A stretch of DNA of 13,974 bases, taken from assembly GCA_048882385.1 (NCBI GenBank), contig JBHLRQ010000024.1, positions 1-13,974 of the forward strand, read 5' to 3'. Position numbers and translations under genes: made by a program. Source of the stretch: Candidatus Thorarchaeota archaeon (GTDB lineage Archaea > Asgardarchaeota > Thorarchaeia > Thorarchaeales > Thorarchaeaceae). Shown here in pieces: positions 6,239-13,456 of the stretch. Numbering within the stretch: position 1 is the first letter of the stretch; each line of letters starts with the position of its first letter. The notes beneath the pieces were generated by a model that was not told where the DNA came from, ran no database searches, and saw nothing but the letters and a program-made list of their open reading frames with translations.

Positions 6239-7723
6239 GTGAGTGATGTGACAGAAACAGAAGTAAACAAAGTACCCGAACCAGTACCTATTGAAGAAAC
6301 TCCTAGGGAGATAACAGTCCTTGATAAGCTTGCTGAGATTGTGACCGAAGAGAGGGTCACAGATTCTGAGCTGGAAAGGGTTGTATACAGTGGAGACCCC
6401 TCTTCACTTCCACAGTATCATTACAGGTGGAAAGGAAAATACCTCACAGATTATGTTGTCAGAGTTGAAAATGTGAACGAGATTGAAGGAGTGCTGAAGG
6501 TTGCGCGCGAACACAAGCTCCCTGTTATTCCGCGTGGAGGTGCATCGAGTTGCATGGGTTCTTCAAGTCCAAGTCGTGGGGGTATCTCTCTCGATATTAA
6601 ACCCATGAATAAGATTCTCGAAATCAATAAGGAAGCTGGATTTGTCCGCGTTGAGCCAGGAGTGACCTTTGAAAGACTCGATGATGAACTTAGCAAAGAT
6701 GGACTGACACTTGGTATCTATCCTTCAAGTGCCAAGTCTGCTGTTATTGGGGGATGGATTGCTTGCGGAGGTCGAGGTGGTATTGGTACTCCATATTATG
6801 GATCACTACGTGAACATACTCTGTCTCTGTCAGTTATTGGTGGAGATGGAGTTGTTAAGGTGGTCGAGGGAGACGAGATAGACCTTTTCCTTCATTCCTA
6901 TGGAATCCTTGGAGTCATCTTCGAGGTTAAGCTCCAGGTCCATGAGCTACAAACTGATTACAAGACTTTCAGTTATGGATTTGGTACATTGGAGGGGCTA
7001 TGCAATGCAATGGTGGAAATAGCTCGACTTGAACAAAAACCGGTCTATTTGAAAATCGCTGATGAAGAACTGCAAAAATACAGCAACCCTATCAGTGATG
7101 GGAAATATGTTCTGTCGGCAACTTACATCGATGCTTCGACAAAAGTACCCGCTGAGGATTTAAGCTCCATTACAGGTAAACATGGAGGAGTCCATCTTGG
7201 TGATGAGTTCTCAGAAAAGGAATGGGAACTTCGTTACGATGCAGAGTTCAATCCAAAGGAACACACAGAAACCTTGATGTTCCAAGAACTGTGGATACCA
7301 ATTGAAAACGTACATGAGATGCTCTCAGCTTATGAGTCATATCGAAGTTCTCACAAGATTCCAGCCCTCTGGTTTGGAATGCTTGGTACTCCTGAAGCTA
7401 TGAGACTTGAGCTAATGACTATGATTGATGCAGAACAGTATCTCAAGTTTATTGCCAGTAAAGGAATCTTGCATAAAATGATGAAGAAGGCTATCAAGAA
7501 CGGTGGTGTGCCATATACAATCGGACTTCAGAATTCAATATATATGACACGAGCATATCCCGATCGGTTAGTCCAAATGCAAGCCGCAAAAGAGAAGTGG
7601 GATCCTGACGGAATAATGAATCCAGACAGAGTAGTTAGCTGTTTGACTTCATACAGGAGAATAGATGTATTGTTCATCTTGGCTACAGCGTTCAGACGGC
7701 TGTCAAGATATGTGGGGAAGTGA
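6239..7723 (+). CDS. FAD-binding oxidoreductase, GlcD/Dld (VAO/PCMH) family, copy 1
   Basis: 494-aa ORF (alternative GTG 6248 after GAGGTGA). PCMH FAD-binding motifs PVIPRGGASS, VRVEPGV, YPSSAKSAVIGGWIA, SYGILGVI; C-terminal KEKWDPDGIMNPD. Confidence 0.9.
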   Translation: MSDVTETEVNKVPEPVPIEETPREITVLDKLAEIVTEERVTDSELERVVYSGDPSSLPQYHYRWKGKYLTDYVVRVENVNEIEGVLKVAREHKLPVIPRGGASSCMGSSSPSRGGISLDIKPMNKILEINKEAGFVRVEPGVTFERLDDELSKDGLTLGIYPSSAKSAVIGGWIACGGRGGIGTPYYGSLREHTLSLSVIGGDGVVKVVEGDEIDLFLHSYGILGVIFEVKLQVHELQTDYKTFSYGFGTLEGLCNAMVEIARLEQKPVYLKIADEELQKYSNPISDGKYVLSATYIDASTKVPAEDLSSITGKHGGVHLGDEFSEKEWELRYDAEFNPKEHTETLMFQELWIPIENVHEMLSAYESYRSSHKIPALWFGMLGTPEAMRLELMTMIDAEQYLKFIASKGILHKMMKKAIKNGGVPYTIGLQNSIYMTRAYPDRLVQMQAAKEKWDPDGIMNPDRVVSCLTSYRRIDVLFILATAFRRLSRYVGK

Positions 7724-7732
7724 GGTGTTACT

Positions 7733-8857
7733 ATGAATATCGATAATCTATCAGAAGTACTAAAGCACTGTGGGTCATGTAATTACTGCCGAGACACTTG
7801 TCCGATGTATATAGAGCTGCAATCTGAGCTTGATAGTCCCGGAGGTAAACTCCGAGCTCTCAGGGCTTATGCTACAAAGATGAGGAATCCACCTGTTGAA
7901 CTTCTGCAGAGACTTTACTGTGCAGACTGTCGAAGATGTGAGGCTATCTGTCCAGCAGGTGTTCCAGTCACGGATATCTGGCACGATGCCAAAAAACAGC
8001 TATTGAAGACAGGAGCTCCAATGTCAGAAGCACTTCAGAAGGTTCTTGATTGGATCGAACAGGAAGGTACTCCTTTCGTTGGTTATGAGCAAGATGATCG
8101 AACAGTATGGGCTGAAGATCTTGAGCTTCCCCCAGAGTCAAACACTGCTATCTTTTCAGGATGCATGGGATCATTTTGGTACCCCGATCAGCCCGAAACT
8201 GTAGTTGATATGTTACATAAACTGAAAGTGAACGCGGGATATGTTCCAAGTGAAGTTTGTTGTGGATTATTCAACTACTGGGCGGGCGATGACAAAGGAT
8301 TCGAAGAAGTAGTGAAGAAGAACTATGCGATGTTCAAGAAAGCTGGTGTGGATCACATTGTAACTGGATGCGGAGGGTGTTATGGAACCCTTGCTGAGCA
8401 CTATCCGCATATCATTCCAGATTTCGACATCACAATACTTCATACAGTTGAAGTCTTAGCAGATATGGTTCGGAATGGAGTACTAACATTTGATGGATTG
8501 GAGGGATCCTACACATTTCATGACAGTTGTCATCTTGGAAGAGCGCTTGGAATTTATGAAGCTCCTCGTGAGATTATCCGGGCGGTTCCAGGGTTAGAGT
8601 TTGTAGAAATGAAGAATAACCGTGACAAAAGCAATTGTTGCGGTGGATTCCTTACTGTACTTGATCCAAATCTGTCAGAGTCTGTAGGTAGAAGAAGAGT
8701 AGCTGAAGCAGAGGAACTTGGTGTGGATGGCATAATCACAACATGTGTTTCATGCTACAAGAATCTAAGTTACAATGCACGAGATACGAATCTAGAAGTA
8801 ATTCAACTCGATGAATTGATTCTAGACAAGGCTCGAGCCTCACAAGTGGAGGAGTAG
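7733..8857 (+). CDS. Fe-S oxidoreductase, GlcF/HdrD-like (2x[4Fe-4S] + two CCG domains), copy 1
   Basis: CGSCNYCRDTCP and CADCRRCEAICP ferredoxin motifs; CCG domains SGC..EVCCG..CGGC and HDSCH..NCCGG..CVSC. GAGGTG RBS overlaps the upstream TGA. Confidence 0.92.
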   Translation: MNIDNLSEVLKHCGSCNYCRDTCPMYIELQSELDSPGGKLRALRAYATKMRNPPVELLQRLYCADCRRCEAICPAGVPVTDIWHDAKKQLLKTGAPMSEALQKVLDWIEQEGTPFVGYEQDDRTVWAEDLELPPESNTAIFSGCMGSFWYPDQPETVVDMLHKLKVNAGYVPSEVCCGLFNYWAGDDKGFEEVVKKNYAMFKKAGVDHIVTGCGGCYGTLAEHYPHIIPDFDITILHTVEVLADMVRNGVLTFDGLEGSYTFHDSCHLGRALGIYEAPREIIRAVPGLEFVEMKNNRDKSNCCGGFLTVLDPNLSESVGRRRVAEAEELGVDGIITTCVSCYKNLSYNARDTNLEVIQLDELILDKARASQVEE

Positions 8858-8891
8858 TAAGAATTAACTAGGATAAATGGAGATGTCAACT

Positions 8892-10220
8892 ATGAGCAAA
8901 GAAAAAGGCACGAGAGTTGTAATCGTCGGCGGTGGAATCTCAGGATTCAGCTGCGCACTTGAATTAAAAGGACTAAAAGCACGATGTACGATTCTAGAGA
9001 AGGAAAAGACAGTTGGTGGTCGAGCTAGGTCCTATACTGAATCAGGATATGTGTTTGACCAAGGTTTGCACTTCTTCGTTGGTGGTTTCAAATCACTAAT
9101 TCCAATCCTTGAACGAAGTGGAGTGAGAATGACAACTGTTGGCGAAGGCGCAGTCTGGCTAAAGGATGGAGAGAGACACATCATCCGAAAATCAGCTGTT
9201 GAGTTGGCGAAGTTTGGTTTGTTACCTGCAACAGATCGAGCAAGACTCGGACTACTCGTTCAAGAAAACATTGGTCGGAAAGAAGAGGAGTTCAGAGAAT
9301 TAGATAATATGACATTCTCAGAATATGCAAACGACAAGAAGATTCCCGAAACGATTCAGAATGAGTTCTATGATCCACTAATACGAACAGTGACATTCAT
9401 GGACCCCTCTGAAGTTTCGGCAGGCCAATATCTCTACTCTGAACACCTAAGGTTTGCATATGAGGATGGATTCAGTGCGATGTATCCTGAGCGTGGAGGA
9501 TTAGGCAGTGTTGCCTACACGTTGATGCTTCAAGCTCGCAATTTTGGTGTTGAACCTCAAGTCAATTGTGCAGTTGACCAAGTTATAATCGAAAATGGTA
9601 AGGTTGTAGGTGTAGACTATACACAGAATGGGGAAACAAAGCATCTTGATACAGATGCCGTTGTATTGACAATTCCCATAGATCTAATCTACAACTTTGT
9701 CAAGAAAAGTGACTTGCCAAACGAGTTCAATCAAAAGATTTCCAAATTCGAATATGCTCCTTCCACTGTTGCATACTTTGGTCTGAAGTCTCGAGTACTT
9801 GATTTCAATGTTGGCGCATTCGTACCTGGCAGAAAGATCAATATCGTAGCTGAAGCCAAGAGAGTATCGGGAGTACTCGCACCCATTGGAGAATCACTCC
9901 TTACTGTGACTGGAATAGATAAGGAACTTCTCAAGATGAGCGATGAAGATGCAACTCAAGCTATCCTTGATGAGCTAGAGATTCTTGTTCCTGGAGTAAG
10001 TGAGAAGGTCACGTGGAAGAAGAGTTGGAAAATCTGGAAATCTGTTCTCAAACAGCCACCAGGAATTATGGGTGACAGATTGACATCCAATCGAACCGGT
10101 GTTGAAGGTCTCTATGTAGCAGGAGCTTATGCAAATTGCGGCATGTACTATGCCTCCATGGAAGCGGCTTCAAGATCAGGAATTGCCTGTGCTGGTGAAA
10201 TGATTAAGGATCTCAAATAG
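8892..10220 (+). CDS. FAD-dependent oxidoreductase, flavin amine oxidase superfamily (HpnE/phytoene desaturase/HemY-like)
   Basis: VVIVGGGISG Rossmann motif, LEKEKTVGGRARS, FDQGLHFF, C-terminal GLYVAGAY...SMEAASRSGIACA. Start chosen at ATG 8892 after GGAGA (alternatives 8877, 8883). Confidence 0.85.
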   Translation: MSKEKGTRVVIVGGGISGFSCALELKGLKARCTILEKEKTVGGRARSYTESGYVFDQGLHFFVGGFKSLIPILERSGVRMTTVGEGAVWLKDGERHIIRKSAVELAKFGLLPATDRARLGLLVQENIGRKEEEFRELDNMTFSEYANDKKIPETIQNEFYDPLIRTVTFMDPSEVSAGQYLYSEHLRFAYEDGFSAMYPERGGLGSVAYTLMLQARNFGVEPQVNCAVDQVIIENGKVVGVDYTQNGETKHLDTDAVVLTIPIDLIYNFVKKSDLPNEFNQKISKFEYAPSTVAYFGLKSRVLDFNVGAFVPGRKINIVAEAKRVSGVLAPIGESLLTVTGIDKELLKMSDEDATQAILDELEILVPGVSEKVTWKKSWKIWKSVLKQPPGIMGDRLTSNRTGVEGLYVAGAYANCGMYYASMEAASRSGIACAGEMIKDLK

Positions 10221-10239
10221 CCTAGTAGTAAGACACAAT

Positions 10240-10263
10240 TGCCAAGGGCAATGACCCTTGGCA
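10240..10263. promoter_or_regulatory. Perfect 9-bp inverted repeat (operator or RNA hairpin) in the internal intergenic gap
   Basis: TGCCAAGGG-CAATGA-CCCTTGGCA, immediately followed by TATA-like CTATATA (10267-10273); no U-tract. Confidence 0.5.
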
Positions 10264-10323
10264 TAACTATATACTCAGTGCGAGATAATCAAAAATAGGC
10301 ATCTCAATACGGTGACCTTCGTC

Positions 10324-11514
10324 ATGACCAAAACAGACTTCCTAGAAAAGTATGGACAAGAGGATGAACCGTATGTATGTGCTTCATGCGGAAATTGCAC
10401 TCTGGTGTGTCCAGTTTTCAGAGATCTAAAATGGGAGTCTTATGGTCCAAGAGGTAAATTACACATTGTTAAATCGATCATCGAAGGTGAAGGAAAATTC
10501 GGTGAAGACTTTGCTCATAGAATTTTCCTCTGCAACTTATGTGAACATTGCACATTTGTCTGCACAACTGGAATCCGTCTTGATAGATTTTGGGAGGTTA
10601 TCCGTGCAGAGGTTAGGCAACGAGGTTTGATGCCTAGGCCAGCTCAATTTGTATTAGATTCTGTAAAGTCTAGAGGAGACATAATGTGGATGGGTTCTTC
10701 TGATAGACTTCTTTGGATGGAAGAAATAGAGGATATAATTAAGGATAGAATTCTAAAACCAGCCAAAGTTGCATATTTTCTTGGATGTAATGTCGCTCTC
10801 AAATCTCAACTACATGATGTAGCCAAATCAATGATCAAAATCTTGGAATATGCAGAAGTCGATTACACTCTGCTAGCTGATAAGGAAGTGTGCTGTGGAG
10901 CTCCTCTTGGATGGGCAGGAAACTTCGAAGGTATTAATGAAATGGCCAAGAAAAACTTAGAGTTGATGAAAAGTCTTGGTGTTGAAACAGTAGTATTCAG
11001 TTGTCCTTCATGTATTCAGACATGGAAAGAATATAGTACATTTTTCCAGGAAGAATCTAGTATTGAGTTATTGTCTGCATCCCAATTCATTAAGAAACTC
11101 ATTCGTGAGAAACGACTAAAGTTTGAAGAACAGCCAATGGTCACTGTCACATTTCATGATCCATGTATCTCTGCCAGAGTACTGAACTGTATTGAAGAAC
11201 CACGTGAAATCATAGATGATATTCCAGGAGTCTATAATGTTGAAATGACTCCATCCAAAGAGCACACACGGTGTTGTGGGTCACACGGACTACTAGATGT
11301 TGTCGATCCAGTCCTCTCATCCAGAATCGCAGAGATGCGTCTGAGAGATGTAACTGTCACTCCAGCTACACGAGTCGTTACTGAATGTCCAAGGTGTATT
11401 CTTGGGTTTGACTTAGCTAAATTCACAACAGGATATGAGATGAAAATACAAGACATCACGCAACTTGTTGCAGAGTCTTTGTTACCAAAAGAGGGAGGCG
11501 ACAAAGACCAATGA
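10324..11514 (+). CDS. Fe-S oxidoreductase, GlcF/HdrD-like (2x[4Fe-4S] + two CCG domains), copy 2
   Basis: CASCGNCTLVCP, GPRGK, CNLCEHCTFVC; CCG domains LGC..EVCCG..CPSC and HDPC..RCCGS..CPRC. ATG 10324 follows GGTGA (track uses GTG 10312). Confidence 0.92.
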   Translation: MTKTDFLEKYGQEDEPYVCASCGNCTLVCPVFRDLKWESYGPRGKLHIVKSIIEGEGKFGEDFAHRIFLCNLCEHCTFVCTTGIRLDRFWEVIRAEVRQRGLMPRPAQFVLDSVKSRGDIMWMGSSDRLLWMEEIEDIIKDRILKPAKVAYFLGCNVALKSQLHDVAKSMIKILEYAEVDYTLLADKEVCCGAPLGWAGNFEGINEMAKKNLELMKSLGVETVVFSCPSCIQTWKEYSTFFQEESSIELLSASQFIKKLIREKRLKFEEQPMVTVTFHDPCISARVLNCIEEPREIIDDIPGVYNVEMTPSKEHTRCCGSHGLLDVVDPVLSSRIAEMRLRDVTVTPATRVVTECPRCILGFDLAKFTTGYEMKIQDITQLVAESLLPKEGGDKDQ

Positions 11515-13232
11515 AAATCAATGAGATTCGGATACAAGATATTGTCGGAGCGGACAATGTGTCAATTACTCATGAAACGTGCATGATGTACTCTAAAGAT
11601 GTAACAAGTCTACCCGACCTTGCATATCAAATTGTAAGCCCTAAATTTGATGTTATCACGCAACCAGTTGATGTACCATCTCTTCAGAACTTAGTTGAGT
11701 ACGCAATTGAAAGCAAAATTCCACTAGTACCAAGAGGGAATGGAACATCTGGATGGGGCGGAGCAATTCCAACCCGCGCAGGAATCTGTGTGGATCTCTC
11801 CGAATTGAATCGAATATTATACTTCAATGAGTTTGAATCCGCAGTGACAGTTGAATCAGGAATAACTTGGAGAGACCTACTATCTTTCCTGGAACGCCTT
11901 GGTTTCACATTACCAGTTTATCCATCAAGTGCTATAGCTGCAACCGTTGGGGGTTTTGTTGCAAGTGGGGGTTTAGGAATTGGTTCAACTCGGCATGGAG
12001 ATATTTTGAAGCAAGTCATTGGGATTGAAGCAGTTCTACCAAATGGAAAGCTAGTGAGGTTAGGAAAGCTCTTGCTTAATCCACAAGACGATACATTACT
12101 AGAAAACAGTGAGGAAGGAACAGCTTGGTTGAGTCAAATCCTATCAGAATCTGGTCTTGGGACACCGGAACAGGAATCAAAGCTAATTACTGGAACATAC
12201 GGAACATTGGGAATCATCACGAAGATTACATTAAAGACAATACCAAATCTCCAACTCATTCCTTTTGCCTGTTCATTCGATACTATAGAGGATTTAGTTA
12301 ACATCGCGAACAGAATCCGTTTAGACGTGCAACCGTATTTTTTGAGATTTCTTTCAGATAATTACACGTCAAAATTAAGATCGCTGAAAGACCAGGAACT
12401 TGAATATGGTAAATTCATTCTAACCGGTGCGCTTCTAGATACAATCTACCAAAATGAAGACAACATTGAGGTTATCAAAACTCTCACTCAGGAAGGTAAC
12501 GGAATACTATTGGATGACAGTCGAGCTTGGTTTTATTGGTCTGAGCGTCTGTATCCATTAAGGATTAAACGCCATGGACCAAGCCTAGTCCCTGCTGAAA
12601 TGCTTGCTCCTTTAGATATGCTACCTGAAATTCTAGAAAAGACAAAGGATGAACTCAGAAAATCAAAAGTAGCAATTGAGGGTACCCTCAACAACGATGG
12701 TAATACATCATTCATGGTCTGGATACTGGATGATGAAAGAAGGAAGTTTTCATTCACAATTGGATGGCATCGATCCTTCCAGATAGCATCGCTGGCTGAG
12801 AAGTTTGGAGGGTTGCCATATGCTGTTGGACTTTGGAATGGACGTCATGCTAGAAGGTACTATGGAAACCAATCATTTGAGGAACTCAAGATAATGAAGA
12901 GTAAATTAGATCCTCATAATCTCATGAACCCTGTCAAAGTATTTGGAGGTAGAGTGACTCCTGGTCGTGCCTCTTTACTTGCTGGATTTCTTCTAGGATT
13001 CTTTGCTGCACTCGTCATTCTATCTTTTGGTCCTAGTATTCTCGGTCTCACCTGGTTAAATCAGTTGCTAAATTCAAATTCCATCCCAATTATTGGAATT
13101 CCTAATTTCATGTTTTTATCCGTGTTTGGAGGGCTTCTGGGAATTCTCATAATAAGACTAATGACACTTAATCAAGCTCTTGCTCTTGGTATCCCTTTGT
13201 TACGCTTCCTTAGTAAGATACTAAGAAAATGA
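11511..13232 (+). CDS. FAD-binding oxidoreductase, GlcD/Dld family, copy 2, with C-terminal membrane helices
   Basis: 573 aa; ATGA overlap with the upstream stop. PLVPRGNGTSGWGG, YPSSAIAATVGGFVASGG, GTYGTLGIITK, KSKLDPHNLMNPVK, then a ~95-aa extension with two hydrophobic segments. Confidence 0.9.
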   Translation: MKINEIRIQDIVGADNVSITHETCMMYSKDVTSLPDLAYQIVSPKFDVITQPVDVPSLQNLVEYAIESKIPLVPRGNGTSGWGGAIPTRAGICVDLSELNRILYFNEFESAVTVESGITWRDLLSFLERLGFTLPVYPSSAIAATVGGFVASGGLGIGSTRHGDILKQVIGIEAVLPNGKLVRLGKLLLNPQDDTLLENSEEGTAWLSQILSESGLGTPEQESKLITGTYGTLGIITKITLKTIPNLQLIPFACSFDTIEDLVNIANRIRLDVQPYFLRFLSDNYTSKLRSLKDQELEYGKFILTGALLDTIYQNEDNIEVIKTLTQEGNGILLDDSRAWFYWSERLYPLRIKRHGPSLVPAEMLAPLDMLPEILEKTKDELRKSKVAIEGTLNNDGNTSFMVWILDDERRKFSFTIGWHRSFQIASLAEKFGGLPYAVGLWNGRHARRYYGNQSFEELKIMKSKLDPHNLMNPVKVFGGRVTPGRASLLAGFLLGFFAALVILSFGPSILGLTWLNQLLNSNSIPIIGIPNFMFLSVFGGLLGILIIRLMTLNQALALGIPLLRFLSKILRK

Positions 13233-13250
13233 ACCTCCCGATATCTAAAA

Positions 13251-13437
13251 TTAGCATTTTTGCAACCAAACATTGAAGTAATTGTAGGATAGTTTCATAC
13301 AACTAGGTTGCATATTGACGGTTTTCGTTCATATACAAATGAACATAGGTTAACCAATATGCTAAAATACGAGACCTATGTTCCAAAACGAAACTGAGCA
13401 ATGACGTTTACTACATTGGAACATACATCTTGTAACG
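13251..13437. promoter_or_regulatory. Intergenic region dense in inverted repeats upstream of the second monoheme gene
   Basis: TGCAACC (13261)/GGTTGCA (13306); GCATATTG (13310)/CAATATGC (13355); GAACATAGGT (13341)/ACCTATGTTC (13374); TATGTTCCAA (13377)/TTGGAACATA (13416); palindrome GGTTAACC (13348-13355). Confidence 0.5.
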
Positions 13438-13456
13438 TAATCTAGGTGACAACGAT

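Noticed and set aside
6235-13232. Selenocysteine read-through at TGA stops (6235, 7721, 11512, 13230), with the 10240 hairpin as a SECIS
   Set aside because: Each TGA ends a complete protein, three are immediately followed by the next gene's RBS or start, all Fe-S/CCG Cys motifs are already complete, and the hairpin is too short and simple for a SECIS.
6239-13232. Assigning gene symbols glcD/glcF/dld/hdrD
   Set aside because: Family membership is clear, but the FAD subunits lack the catalytic motifs and no HdrE or GlcE partner is identifiable, so orthology is unsupported.
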